64,000 nt of DNA from a plasmid, in sequence record NZ_CP024587.1; one strand, given 5' to 3'. Each line of letters starts with the position of its first letter. Position 1 is the stretch's first letter. Below the pieces are notes generated by a model that had not been told where the DNA came from, ran no database searches, and saw nothing but the letters and a program-made list of their open reading frames with translations. Positions 9,588 to 19,348 of the stretch are shown here, piece after piece. The translations under genes and the position numbers were made by a program.

Positions 9588-9878
9588 CTTTCCCGCTTTC
9601 GGGAAATCAGTAGAAACCGATGGCACGTTCGGTCTGCCCTACTTGTGGTTTGAGGGACGGTACGTTTCTCCCGGCAGATCATCAGCGGCATCTTAGTCAG
9701 TACAAGCGCCTGATTTCTCTTACTAGTTCACCCGATACCGAGATGTACCAAAGGGCTGTTTCCGGCTTTCCCGAAATAGGGAAATAGCTCTTTAGGGCTA
9801 TCGGGTTTCCGTGAAAGCGGGTTACAACGAAGAAGGTGAGCGGGAAAGCCCGGTTTCACGAAACCGGTGTTTCGGGAG
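9588..9878. promoter_or_regulatory. Operator/centromere-like region upstream of parA with several inverted repeats built on TTTCCCG/CGGGAAA and CCGGTTTC-ac-GAAACCGG
   Basis: TTTCCCG-CTTT-CGGGAAA (9590-9607), TTTCCC-GAAATA-GGGAAA (9767-9785) and CCGGTTTCacGAAACCGG (9850-9867) read directly. The region is AT-richer than its surroundings. Confidence 0.4.
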
Positions 9879-9884
9879 AGTTCC

Positions 9885-10562
9885 ATGGCCATTGTGACGT
9901 TTGCCCAGGTCAAAGGAGGCTCGGGCAAGACCACCGCCGCGATGTGTACCGTCGCCGAGCTGGTCGCCCGCGGGGAGACGGTGGCTGCCCTGGACCTCGA
10001 TCCGAACCGCCCCCTGAAGGCATTTTTTGCGAAGGTGCCAGAGCTGACGCGTGTCGAGGTGGCTGTTCCGGATGGGGAGCGCCGGGTCACTGCGCTAGTG
10101 CGAGATCTGGCATCCAAGCACAATCATGTCGTGATCGACTTGATGGGCGCTGCCACCAACGACACCCAGGTGGCAATGGCGCTGGCGGACCTCGTCATCG
10201 TTCCGTCCCAGATGAGCGAAACCGACCTGCGCTGTGGGGTAGAGACCTGGCGGCAGGCCGAGGAGGCCCAGGAGATCAGCGGTCGCCGAATTGCGCGCGG
10301 CATACTTCTGACGAGGACGGCGGCCGGCGCCGCCAGGCCAAGAGTGGAAGCCTTTCTGCGCGAGCAGTACCAGCGGGTAGGCGCACATGTTCTCACGGCT
10401 GCCTTCGGTGATCGGGCCGCGTGGAAGGAAATGACTTACACCGCACATATTCCTCACCTCCATGACAGAGGAAGCAATGCCGCCGCTAACTTCGTCGGGG
10501 TCTTTGATGAGATGATGGCCCTGATAGCAGGCGATCCCTCCACCCTGGCCAGCGCCGCCTGA
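9885..10562 (+). CDS. parA: ParA/Soj-family partition ATPase
   Basis: Deviant Walker A KGGSGKTT. GGGAGAG RBS 6 nt upstream of ATG 9885. Confidence 0.85.
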   Translation: MAIVTFAQVKGGSGKTTAAMCTVAELVARGETVAALDLDPNRPLKAFFAKVPELTRVEVAVPDGERRVTALVRDLASKHNHVVIDLMGAATNDTQVAMALADLVIVPSQMSETDLRCGVETWRQAEEAQEISGRRIARGILLTRTAAGAARPRVEAFLREQYQRVGAHVLTAAFGDRAAWKEMTYTAHIPHLHDRGSNAAANFVGVFDEMMALIAGDPSTLASAA

Positions 10563-10573
10563 AGGATCGACCG

Positions 10574-10978
10574 ATGGCCACCAAACCCCTTCGCCCGGTC
10601 CTGCAAGCCCCGGATCTGGGATCTCGCCCCACGCCGGTTCCCACCTCGGCCCACGATCCACGCTTCAGTGCCGCCGAGGTGCTGGAGACCCCAGAAGCCC
10701 TTGAAAGAGGCTTGAGAAGCGGCGCAGTGCGGGTGGTCAACCCGGAGACAGCACCGGCAGCGAAGCGAGCCGAACCAGGACTTGTGACGTCAGGCCGATC
10801 GCCCGAAATTTCACTGTCTACCAAGGCGCCGGAATACGTCCTGCAGCAGCTTCGGCGACGCTATGCCGAAACTGGGGTGACCATTCGCAACCAGCTCCTC
10901 CTTGCTCTGCGCAAGGACGGGATCGAAGTCTTGGAGGCAGACCTGCACGACGAACGGAAGCGCCAACGCAACCCGTAG
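10574..10978 (+). CDS. ParG-like RHH centromere-binding partition protein
   Basis: 134 aa. Disordered N-terminal region plus C-terminal KAPEYVLQQLRRRYAETGVTIRNQLLLALRKDG, which is RHH-like. Immediately downstream of parA, the type Ib parFG-like arrangement. Confidence 0.5.
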   Translation: MATKPLRPVLQAPDLGSRPTPVPTSAHDPRFSAAEVLETPEALERGLRSGAVRVVNPETAPAAKRAEPGLVTSGRSPEISLSTKAPEYVLQQLRRRYAETGVTIRNQLLLALRKDGIEVLEADLHDERKRQRNP

Positions 10979-10980
10979 GT

Positions 10981-11050
10981 CTCGGGTTTTCGAGGTTTCC
11001 GGAAAACCGGAAAGACCGATATAGATCAATCGGTCTTTCCGGTTTTCATG
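10981..11050. promoter_or_regulatory. Palindromes downstream of the partition operon: TTTCCGGAAAACCGGAAA and GACCGATATAGATCAATCGGTC
   Basis: Read directly. Candidate second centromere/operator site or a bidirectional terminator between convergent genes. Confidence 0.3.
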
Positions 11051-11064
11051 ATTGTCTCTCCATA

Positions 11065-12444
11065 TCAAATGCCGGCAACAGCCAGGCGTACCGCCCGCCA
11101 GCACAGGTCGTCGCGTTCGTCCTGGGATTGCCGTGCAGGGCCGCTGAAGGTGTGAGGAACCAGGGGAACAGGCCCCTGTAGGCCGAGACCTTCGGCCGTC
11201 TCGGCGTGGATGCGTCGCTTCCGTTCGCGATAGACCAGCTCCTCGCTACCCATGGTGGCGACCACCACGAGAGGATGCCCTCGGCGCGCAAACTGGTCCG
11301 AACGAAGGATCCAATCCGGGATGCACGGCTCGCGTGCCTCGTCTCTATCCGGACAAAGGTCGTGCAGAGGCCTTTCGATTTCGATCGAAAGTTCGACCTT
11401 GAGGGCGAGCCAACGTTGCAGGCGGCGCAACTGGTTCAGCGTGCAACGTTCCGCGGCGCCATTGACCAGCATGAGGTGGGTCTTTGAAATGCAGGGATGC
11501 AGGTAGGCGCGCAGCGCCTCAGCAGGCTCCTCCGGTCCAGGCCGACCGATAAGACAGATCGCGAGGTAAGGCGCCCGCGCCATCCCAGATTCGATCCCAG
11601 GGACCGCAGGCCCGATCCATTCTTCCCACACGGAGATGCGGCCTCGAACCTCCAGTGGTTCCCCTTGGGCCATCTGCAGCACGCCGGACTTAAACCCGGT
11701 CACAACCGACAGCAGGACACCGTAGGTCCTGCCGCGCATGAAGGCATCCCCGGAGGCCGCGTCGATCCGCCTCAACAGGAGCGGTAAATCAGGCCGCCAG
11801 GTGCAAAGCCACTCGGCCAGTGGCACGCCGCGATCCAGATCCACCTCCTGTGCCGCGCGACGCAGAGCCCTGAACTGCTCTCCAATCGGCGGCGGAAAAC
11901 CGGGGCCCAGCCGTTGCAGGCCGGCCTCGGCCGCGAGATGGGTGAGCAGGCAGGCAAGGCTTTCGCGCCTGCGCTCGTAGCTCCGGCGATGCAGCCCCGG
12001 CGCCTCGGCCGGCGCCGCCCGGTCCTCGGCGAAGCGGCGAAGCAGCCGCAGCCCGGACACGCCGTGCCGCCGGTCGTAGCTGCGGACCAGATCGGCCTGC
12101 TCGGCCGCGTCGAGGAAGAAATCGCATTCCGCCACATGCTCGGCCCAAGGCTCTTCGCTATGGCGCCGGACGTGGCTTTCGGCCACCGGCACCAGCGCGG
12201 GCGGGCGGACCCGATCCGGTCTGCAGTCGCAGAAGAACCACCGTGCCTGTTGCTGGTGCCGGCGCACCACCTCGGCGCCGCGGCTGCGCGCCCGCTCGCT
12301 CCCGAAGCGGCCAAAGGCCGCGCGTAGCACCGCGTCCTCCTCCGCATCGAGCGGGCGCATGCCGGCTCCGTCTCCACGCCTTCCCACCGCCAGCATGCCG
12401 ATCTCCCTCGTCTCCAGTCGCCTTTCCCGAGGCTCGCTCGTCAC
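11065..12444 (-). CDS. Hypothetical protein, 459 aa, no recognised domain
   Basis: Long ORF with coding-like composition. Divergent from the Toprim operon across a shared intergenic region. Confidence 0.45.
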   Translation of the reverse strand: MTSEPRERRLETREIGMLAVGRRGDGAGMRPLDAEEDAVLRAAFGRFGSERARSRGAEVVRRHQQQARWFFCDCRPDRVRPPALVPVAESHVRRHSEEPWAEHVAECDFFLDAAEQADLVRSYDRRHGVSGLRLLRRFAEDRAAPAEAPGLHRRSYERRRESLACLLTHLAAEAGLQRLGPGFPPPIGEQFRALRRAAQEVDLDRGVPLAEWLCTWRPDLPLLLRRIDAASGDAFMRGRTYGVLLSVVTGFKSGVLQMAQGEPLEVRGRISVWEEWIGPAVPGIESGMARAPYLAICLIGRPGPEEPAEALRAYLHPCISKTHLMLVNGAAERCTLNQLRRLQRWLALKVELSIEIERPLHDLCPDRDEAREPCIPDWILRSDQFARRGHPLVVVATMGSEELVYRERKRRIHAETAEGLGLQGPVPLVPHTFSGPARQSQDERDDLCWRAVRLAVAGI

Positions 12445-12592
12445 GGTGCGAACGAGCAGCGAAGGCTGCGTGGCAATCCTCTTTCCGTTCGCATCACGGC
12501 CCGCGAGCCTGAACCCGATTGGTGCGGAGAGAGGCGAGGCATGGAGGGCAGGAGGGGAGGAGCGGGGCCGCTACCGCGAGCACCGGACACGC

Positions 12593-12655
12593 GACAAGGG
12601 TGCGTCGGCTGGCGCCTCCCGCGCCGGGGCAGGCCCCGGCTGCGCCCTTGTCCCG
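12593..12655 (+). promoter_or_regulatory. Hairpin motif copy a (CAAGGGTGCGTCGG...GCGCCCTTG) upstream of the Toprim operon
   Basis: Core ends about 50 bp before ATG 12705. Shares the GCAAGGG/CCCTTGC stem with eight other copies. Confidence 0.45.
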
Positions 12656-12704
12656 CGTCCGTCTCGCGGTTGGCGGGTGGAATCACGGTGAAGGATTCCG
12701 AGGA

Positions 12705-13658
12705 ATGAGTGGCCCCGATGAGGAGTTGGATAGACTGAGGGAGGGCGTGAACTGTGCCGCCCTGCTGGAGCGCCTGCCGCCCCCCTGGAAGCTGGACAAG
12801 GCGGAAAGCACCCGGGACTGCCTGAAGTACCGGCGCGGCAAGGGTGAGATCATCATCGTCAACCATGGCGGCCAGGGCTGGTGGGACGCCGGGAGCACCG
12901 CCAAGGGCGATGTGTTCCGGCTGGTGCAGCACCTCCGGCCCGATCTGAACTTCGGCCATGTCCGCAAGCTGCTCCGCGAGATGGTCGGGTTGCAGCCGAG
13001 CTTTCCCGAGCACGAGCGGGTGCGTCCGCAAGGGGAGGGGAGCGTCCCACCCGCCATGCGCTGGGCTGCGGCGAAGTCTCTCCGTCCGGGATCGCGGGCC
13101 TGGGGCTACCTGGCCGAGGTCCGGCATCTGCCCTCTCCGGTGCTTCGGGCAGCGGCGGCGGCGGGCGCCCTCCGGGAGGGGGCCTACGGCACCGCCTGGT
13201 TCGCCCATCGCGACGAGAGCGGCACGCTGACAGGCTTCGACATGCGCGGGCCGGTGTTTCGCGGCTTCGCCAAGGGGGGCGAGAAGACCCTGTTCCGCCT
13301 GCCCGGCTGGATCCGCTCGCGGGAGGTGCTGCCGCACCGCCTGGCCGTGGCCGAGGCGCCGATCGACGCCCTGAGCCTCGCGGCGGTCGAACGACTGCGG
13401 GGCGACACCCTCTATGTCGCGACCAGCGGCGGCATGGGGCCTGGAACCGTCCGTGCCCTGGACCTTCTGCTGGCCGCCATGGCCGCCCTCCCGGATGCCT
13501 GCCTGGCCGTCGCCACCGACAGTGACCCACCCGGCGAACGCTACGCCGCCTTCCTGGGGGAGCGGGCCGCGGCGGCGGGCGTGCCCAGCGAGCGCTGCCT
13601 GCCACCGCACGGGCTGAACGACTGGAACGACGCCTTGCGACAGGGGAGGGGGGCATGA
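12705..13658 (+). CDS. DUF3991 + Toprim domain protein (primase-like), common in alphaproteobacterial ICEs
   Basis: 317 aa from MSGPDEEL with a GAGGA RBS. A Toprim-like acidic cluster (ATDSDPPGERY). Domain names recalled, not searched. Confidence 0.6.
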   Translation: MSGPDEELDRLREGVNCAALLERLPPPWKLDKAESTRDCLKYRRGKGEIIIVNHGGQGWWDAGSTAKGDVFRLVQHLRPDLNFGHVRKLLREMVGLQPSFPEHERVRPQGEGSVPPAMRWAAAKSLRPGSRAWGYLAEVRHLPSPVLRAAAAAGALREGAYGTAWFAHRDESGTLTGFDMRGPVFRGFAKGGEKTLFRLPGWIRSREVLPHRLAVAEAPIDALSLAAVERLRGDTLYVATSGGMGPGTVRALDLLLAAMAALPDACLAVATDSDPPGERYAAFLGERAAAAGVPSERCLPPHGLNDWNDALRQGRGA

Positions 13659-13990
13659 GCACCACCGAACGCGCGGCTCCGGCCCCGAGCCACGAAGCGT
13701 GGACCCTTGCACGGGCCCTGCACACCGCCTTTCTCCGGCTGCCCGACCGGCTGAGAGCCCGCTGCACGGTGCCGCCGACCGGGGATGCCGCGATCGACCG
13801 GCCGGTGCTGGTCGAGGCCTGCGACGGCTCCGACCACTACCGGGGCGTGGTGGTCGCGGGACAGCGCGACGAGAGCGGCCTCTGGTTGCTGGACGACGCC
13901 TTCACCCTGCTGACCCTCGACCACGACGACGGCCCCGAGGCCGCGCTTGTCGTCTGCCATGGATGGAACTGCCATGCCGACCGCATCTGA
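13655..13990 (+). CDS. Hypothetical protein, 111 aa, translationally coupled (ATGA) to the Toprim gene
   Basis: ORF in operon context. Confidence 0.4.
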   Translation: MSTTERAAPAPSHEAWTLARALHTAFLRLPDRLRARCTVPPTGDAAIDRPVLVEACDGSDHYRGVVVAGQRDESGLWLLDDAFTLLTLDHDDGPEAALVVCHGWNCHADRI

Positions 13991-16013
13991 CACCACAGAC
14001 CACGACCACCTGGTGGCCGGGCTGACCCCTGCCCAGGGAGAGGCGGCCGGGATGCACGGGCCGGTGCTGGTGCTGGCGGGAGCCGGAACCGGCAAGACCA
14101 AGACGTTGACCGCCGGCGTCGTGCTGCGGATCGCCGAGCGCGGCATCCCCGCCTCTCGCATCCTGGCCGTGACCTTCACCAACAAGGCCGCCAGTGAAAT
14201 GCGCGCCCGCATCGTCGCCCTGCTTGACGGCCAGGCGGCGCCATCCTGGATCGGCACCTTCCATGGTCTTGGCGCCCGCCAGCTTCGCCTGGAGCCGGAG
14301 ATGGCCGGGCTGCGCGAGGGTTTCGACGTGCTCGACGCCGACGACAGCCGGCGCCTGCTCAAGCGGATCATGAAGGCCCGAGGTGAGGATGCCGACAACG
14401 AGGGCATGGGCAGGGACCCGGTCAAGACCATCGCCGGACACATCGGACGCTTCAAGGACAACCTCATCACCCCGGGTGAGGCAGCGATCCGCGCCGAGGC
14501 GATGATTGCTGGAGACCGGATGGCCGACGCCTCCGGCCTGCGCGCCGCGGCGCGTGTCTACCCCGAGTATCAGCGGCGGCTGGTGGAGGCCAACGCCGCC
14601 GATTTCGGAGACCTGCTGCTCTGGCCGAGCGTGTGCATGGGACACGACGAGGAACGCCGGCAGCGCTTCGCCAGCCGCTTCTCCTGCATCCTGGCCGACG
14701 AGTACCAGGACGTGAATGCCGTGCAGTACCGATGGCTCCGGCTGATGGCCAGGGACCATGGCGAGATCTTCGCGGTCGGCGACGATGACCAGGCGGTGTT
14801 CGGCTGGCGCGGCGCGGACATCGAATACATCCGCCGCTTCACGCGCGACTTCCGGGATGCAGCCGTGGTGAAGCTGGAGGACAACTTCCGCTCCACCGGC
14901 CACATCCTCGCCGCGGCCAACGCGGTCATCGCGCGCGAGGACGGCCGCCTCGGCAAGACGCTGCGCCCTACCCGCGAGCAGGGCCAGCCCATCGAGGTGG
15001 TCAGGTTCCGCAACGACGAGGCCGAGGCTACCGGCATCGTGGCCGAGATCCGCAAGCGCGGCTCGGAGGGCGTGCTCTGGCACGACATGGCCATCCTGTA
15101 CCGAGCCAACCACCTGTCGCGCAACATCGAGGAGGAGCTGCTCCGCGCAAGGGTGCCCTATGTGCTGGTGGGCGATGTCGGCTTCTACCAGCGCGCCGAG
15201 ATCAAGGATGCCCTGGCACTGCTTCGCCTCGCCGCAAGCCCTGACGATGGCCAGTCCGACGAGGCCTTCCGGCGCGCCTGCAACACCCCACCCCGCGGCA
15301 TCGGCCCCAAGGCGCTCGATCTGCTGGAGCGCGACGCCGAATGGCGCGGCTCCTCGCTGCTCGCCGCCTGCCACACCGCGGATCTGCCGGCCAGGGTGCG
15401 GGGGGCGGCCGGAGCCTTCGCGGACGCCGTGCGTTCGGTCGCGGCCGACACCGGCGCCACGGTGGCCGACCGCCTGTCCATGCTGCTCGACCGGACCGGC
15501 TACCGACAATGGCTGCGCGACAGCCGCGCCGAGACGGTTGAGGGGCGCCTGGAGAACCTGGCCGAGCTGGTGCTGCTGGCCGGAGGCTTCCATTCGGCGA
15601 CCGACTTGCTGGAGCATGCCGCACTGGCCAGCGCCGCGCCGGGCGAGGAGGCCGGGGGGCGCGTCCAGCTGCTCACCCTGCATCGTGCCAAGGGGCTGGA
15701 GTTCGCTCATGTCTTCCTGCCGGCCTGGAACACGACGATCTTTCCGAGCCAGTACGGCGACGCGGCTGAGGAACGGCGCCTGGCCTATGTGGCGCTCACC
15801 CGCGGCAAGGAGCGGGTGGCGGTCAGTTATGCCGAGTTCCGCCGCGGCTACGTCGATCCGTCGCCCTTCCTCGACGACATCCCCGAAGCCAACCGGCATG
15901 AGGGATGGCTGCGCCCCCTGGAGCGGCGGCCGGCGCGACCCTCGCCCCGCCAGGCCGGCATGGACGCCCTCAACGAGATGCTCGCCGGCCTCCGTACCCG
16001 GCCAAGGGCATGA
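13947..16013 (+). CDS. uvrD: UvrD/Rep-family SF1 DNA helicase
   Basis: Walker A AGAGTGKTKT, RILAVTFTNKAASEM, motif II DEYQDVN and downstream SF1 motifs. 688 aa. Confidence 0.85.
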   Translation: MSSAMDGTAMPTASDTTDHDHLVAGLTPAQGEAAGMHGPVLVLAGAGTGKTKTLTAGVVLRIAERGIPASRILAVTFTNKAASEMRARIVALLDGQAAPSWIGTFHGLGARQLRLEPEMAGLREGFDVLDADDSRRLLKRIMKARGEDADNEGMGRDPVKTIAGHIGRFKDNLITPGEAAIRAEAMIAGDRMADASGLRAAARVYPEYQRRLVEANAADFGDLLLWPSVCMGHDEERRQRFASRFSCILADEYQDVNAVQYRWLRLMARDHGEIFAVGDDDQAVFGWRGADIEYIRRFTRDFRDAAVVKLEDNFRSTGHILAAANAVIAREDGRLGKTLRPTREQGQPIEVVRFRNDEAEATGIVAEIRKRGSEGVLWHDMAILYRANHLSRNIEEELLRARVPYVLVGDVGFYQRAEIKDALALLRLAASPDDGQSDEAFRRACNTPPRGIGPKALDLLERDAEWRGSSLLAACHTADLPARVRGAAGAFADAVRSVAADTGATVADRLSMLLDRTGYRQWLRDSRAETVEGRLENLAELVLLAGGFHSATDLLEHAALASAAPGEEAGGRVQLLTLHRAKGLEFAHVFLPAWNTTIFPSQYGDAAEERRLAYVALTRGKERVAVSYAEFRRGYVDPSPFLDDIPEANRHEGWLRPLERRPARPSPRQAGMDALNEMLAGLRTRPRA

Positions 16014-16065
16014 GGGAGCATAAAAGGTAAGGGAGGACGCGACGGCAGGGGAAGGAGATGGACTC

Positions 16066-16140
16066 TGTGCCACCCTCGGCCGGATCGCCGCAAGGGTGCG
16101 TCGGCTCACGCCTCCCGCCGCTGCGCGGCGCCCTTGCCCC
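16066..16140 (+). promoter_or_regulatory. Hairpin motif copy b (GCCACCCTCGGCC...CCGCAAGGGTGCGTCGG...GCGGCGCCCTTGCCCC)
   Basis: Ends 64 bp before GTG 16204. Confidence 0.45.
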
Positions 16141-16203
16141 GCTCCGCCCGGGGCGGCTGCGCGTGGGGGTCTTCGAGAAGAAGATCAGCAGGAGAGGCTA
16201 CCC

Positions 16204-17976
16204 GTGACCCACGCCACCACCATCATGCCCGCGCCGTCCATTCCGATCGCCCGCATCCGCGGCGCCCTGGGCGAGAAGGTGCTGCGCAAGAGCCCGGAGC
16301 TGTTCAACCAGTCGCTGCCCACCGTGCTGGCCGAGGTGCTGCAGAACGCCCGCCGTGCCGGCGCCAGCCGGGTCGAGATCGAGCACTTCGGCGAGGAGGG
16401 CCGGGCCACCCTTGTCGTGCGCGACAACGGGCACGGCATTGCCGACATGGGCAAGCTGGTGACCTTCGGCGCCTCCGCCTGGGACGAGCGGACGGATCTG
16501 GCGGAGAACGCCGCCGGCATGGGGGTGTTCTCGCTCGCCTCGCGCGGCGTGACCGTGCGTTCCCTCGGCCGGCGGGTGACGCTGAGCCGGGCGGTGTTCT
16601 GCGGCGAGGCCGACGCCGCGGTGCTGCCTGACCCCGGGATGGACGCTGGCACCGAGCTGACCTTTCCGGTCACGGAGGCTGGTGTCGCACGGCTCGTGGA
16701 GCGGGCGTGCCGCTTCTACCCATTGCCGGTGACCCTGAACGGCCAGCCCCTGGGGCAGCGCGACTTCCTGGCCGCCGCCGAGCATGTGGTGGAATGGCAG
16801 GGGCTGCGCCTGGGTGTGTTCCGGGAGCCCGGACCTCAGGTGCTGGATCTGTTCGACCGCCACCGTGGCTGGAGCAGCCGTCTGTACCTGAACTTCCACG
16901 GCCACGTCGTGGAATGCGGCACGGCGGTCGCCCTTGCCGAGGTGAGGGGGCCCACCCGGAGCGTGTTCGTGGACGTGATGTCGGCCCCGGACCTGCGCCT
17001 GGTGCTGCCGGCGCGCAACGAGCCGATCGACAACGACTTCTTCCGCGCCATGCGGGCGCGGGCGGAGCGGGCTCTGCTGGAGGCGGTTGCCCGGCAACCG
17101 AAGCATGCGCTGGCCTTCACCGACGCGGAGCGGGCCGAGCGGCTGGGGATCACCCTGCCACCCGTGGAGATCGCGCTGTCTCCCTGGCGGATGGTCACCT
17201 ACGAGACGCGGAGCCGTCTGGATGGCGTGGAGGCGCCCGTGGTGCTCGGAACGGATGGAACCGAGGTGCTGCTGGCGGACGGCGTCAGGTGGAGTGAGGC
17301 CTGCGACCAGGCCAACCTGCACCGCCTGCTGCTGGGCTGGAAGGATGGTCCCCGGGTGGTGGAGTCCAATCCCCGTTTCGCCGGCTATCCCGCCTATGAC
17401 GCGCTGCGCGTCGTGTGGGAGGTGTCGGCGGTCGGCGTCGGTGCGGACGGTATGACCGAGGAGCTGGCGCCGCCGGTCTCAGGCAGCCCGCCCGTGTCGT
17501 GCGAGGACGATCGCCGGGTGGTCGAGACGGTGCGTGCCCGCCTCCTGGTGCAGAACGGAGGCCATTCACCCGGCGTGCCGACCCTTCTGCACGAGGCGGA
17601 GGTTCCCTTCTTCTTTACCTCCGAGGCCTTCGGTGATCTGTTCCCGGACTTCGTCGTGACGCGTGGCACCGCTCCCGGTGATCTGACTGATGCCCTGGTT
17701 GAGGGGTTCTTCAGCTACAGCGACGATGCTGATGCCGACAGCTACGACCGGCAGCTGGAATGCTTCACGGTGGATGCCCTGGACATGGCTCGCGGACTGC
17801 TGCTGGACAATGACGCGGCCGTGGCGGCGCGGATCGTCGACGCCCTCCGGGATTCCCGCTGGGTGCTGCGCACCCTGGGCACCGGGCGCATCGAGCTGCA
17901 GATCACCGAATCCCAGGTAGGCAGCACGATCCGCATCGTCAACGCGGCGGGCAAGGAGGTGACGGCCACCCTGTAG
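16204..17976 (+). CDS. Stand-alone GHKL (HATPase_c/Bergerat-fold) ATPase, MORC/Hsp90-like N-domain with a long unknown C-terminal region
   Basis: N box LAEVLQNARRAG, G1 box VRDNGHGI, G2 NAAGMGVFSLA. A GGAGAGG RBS precedes GTG 16204. The alternative start is ATG 16225. Confidence 0.6.
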   Translation: MTHATTIMPAPSIPIARIRGALGEKVLRKSPELFNQSLPTVLAEVLQNARRAGASRVEIEHFGEEGRATLVVRDNGHGIADMGKLVTFGASAWDERTDLAENAAGMGVFSLASRGVTVRSLGRRVTLSRAVFCGEADAAVLPDPGMDAGTELTFPVTEAGVARLVERACRFYPLPVTLNGQPLGQRDFLAAAEHVVEWQGLRLGVFREPGPQVLDLFDRHRGWSSRLYLNFHGHVVECGTAVALAEVRGPTRSVFVDVMSAPDLRLVLPARNEPIDNDFFRAMRARAERALLEAVARQPKHALAFTDAERAERLGITLPPVEIALSPWRMVTYETRSRLDGVEAPVVLGTDGTEVLLADGVRWSEACDQANLHRLLLGWKDGPRVVESNPRFAGYPAYDALRVVWEVSAVGVGADGMTEELAPPVSGSPPVSCEDDRRVVETVRARLLVQNGGHSPGVPTLLHEAEVPFFFTSEAFGDLFPDFVVTRGTAPGDLTDALVEGFFSYSDDADADSYDRQLECFTVDALDMARGLLLDNDAAVAARIVDALRDSRWVLRTLGTGRIELQITESQVGSTIRIVNAAGKEVTATL

Positions 17977-18030
17977 GGAGGCGGATTCGAGAGGAGGGAA
18001 GGGAGAGGAACGAGGGGGCGGGGGAGGCCC

Positions 18031-18111
18031 TGCCACCCTCGGCCAGGACGCGGCAAGGGTGCGTCGCTCCGCTCCCGCCGCTGCGCGGCGCCCTTGCCCC
18101 GCCCCGGCCGG
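18031..18111 (+). promoter_or_regulatory. Hairpin motif copy c (same GCCACCCTCGGCC prefix as copy b)
   Basis: Ends 55 bp before ATG 18166. Confidence 0.45.
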
Positions 18112-18165
18112 GGCGGCCGGCGGGCTGGGTCTTCGGGAAGAAGACGCAGCAGAAGGAACGGGATC

Positions 18166-18339
18166 ATGGATCTCGCCGACCGCCTCGCCCGCCGCAAAGG
18201 ACGCCGCGAGGACCTCGCCGCCATCGCCGGCCTCCTCGCCTTCCTGGCCGCGATCCTGGCCATCGTGATCCTGCCCGGGTTCCTGGTGCAGAGCGCCTCC
18301 ACCAGCCGCGTGCCCGCCCAGCAGGAGGCGCGGCGATGA
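18166..18339 (+). CDS. Small single-pass membrane protein (57 aa)
   Basis: Hydrophobic stretch LAAIAGLLAFLAAILAIVILPGFLV. First gene after motif copy c. Confidence 0.35.
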   Translation: MDLADRLARRKGRREDLAAIAGLLAFLAAILAIVILPGFLVQSASTSRVPAQQEARR

Positions 18340-18698
18340 GCGGCACCACCCTGACCGGCGGCGCCGGCAAACTCGACGTGGCCGTGGTGGAGGACGTGGT
18401 GGAAGACGGCTACGGCCTGGTCCGCACCGCCGAGAGCCCGGCCCTGGTAGTGGCCGTGCTGCATGACGGGACCTCACGTGGCCACGCCCTGGCCCACGGC
18501 ACCGCCGCCGTGCTCGCCGTGGCGCCCGCGATGCGGCGCCTGCTCGACGAGGCCCTGAACATCTTCCGCGAGCAGTTCGAGGAGGATGAGCCGGTCTCCG
18601 GCGCCGACCTCGTGGACTGGTTCGCGGGCTGGCGCCGGAAGGTCAGTGCCCTGCTGACACAGCCCGCGCCACCACCGGAAACCCGCACGGACCCCTGA
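18336..18698 (+). CDS. Hypothetical protein, 120 aa
   Basis: ATGA overlap with the upstream small gene. Confidence 0.4.
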   Translation: MSGTTLTGGAGKLDVAVVEDVVEDGYGLVRTAESPALVVAVLHDGTSRGHALAHGTAAVLAVAPAMRRLLDEALNIFREQFEEDEPVSGADLVDWFAGWRRKVSALLTQPAPPPETRTDP

Positions 18699-18754
18699 CG
18701 GGCGCGCCGCACCCTCCCGGCTGCCCCCACCATCCCCACCCGAAAGGAACCGCC

Positions 18755-19345
18755 ATGCCCAACCCGGCACGGCCGCCACGGCTGCTTGTCCTGCGTCCCT
18801 ACCTGTCGCACGCCGGTCGTGACGACGCCTACGCGCATGTCGACGCCCTGGTAATGCACACGCGCGACGGCGCGATGCCACGGCGCTACGGCGATCTGCG
18901 ACCGCTGCTGTGGCACGAGGACGGCGCCCGGCCGATCCTGCACGAGGGCTTCCGCTTCACCTGCCAGATCGACGACCGGCATGCCGAGCCCTACGCACCC
19001 CGCTACGGCTATATGCCGGAGTGCGGAGAGGTGTTCACCACCAGCGATCTCGCGCGCTTCGGCAAGCCCCTCGCGGCCCTGCAGCGCGGCATGGCTCGGC
19101 TGGTCGAGCAGGAAGGGCGCAGCGAGGATCTGGGCCAGATCCTGGCCCGTCTGGCGCGGGTGCTGCGGGTCGACGGCATCGTCCTGCTGGCGGTTCGGGA
19201 ACACGGCAGCTTCTTCGCAGAGGATCATCAAATCCGCCTGACGGCCGAGGCGCCGAACTACGGCGAGGTGATCGGTGATCTCGGCTCCGTCGCCCGCGAG
19301 CTGCATCTCCACTGCGCGAAGCGCGCGGGCCGCAGCGTGGCCTGA
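18755..19345 (+). CDS. Hypothetical protein, 196 aa
   Basis: ORF in an operon-like plus-strand array. Confidence 0.4.
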   Translation: MPNPARPPRLLVLRPYLSHAGRDDAYAHVDALVMHTRDGAMPRRYGDLRPLLWHEDGARPILHEGFRFTCQIDDRHAEPYAPRYGYMPECGEVFTTSDLARFGKPLAALQRGMARLVEQEGRSEDLGQILARLARVLRVDGIVLLAVREHGSFFAEDHQIRLTAEAPNYGEVIGDLGSVARELHLHCAKRAGRSVA

Positions 19346-19348
19346 ACC

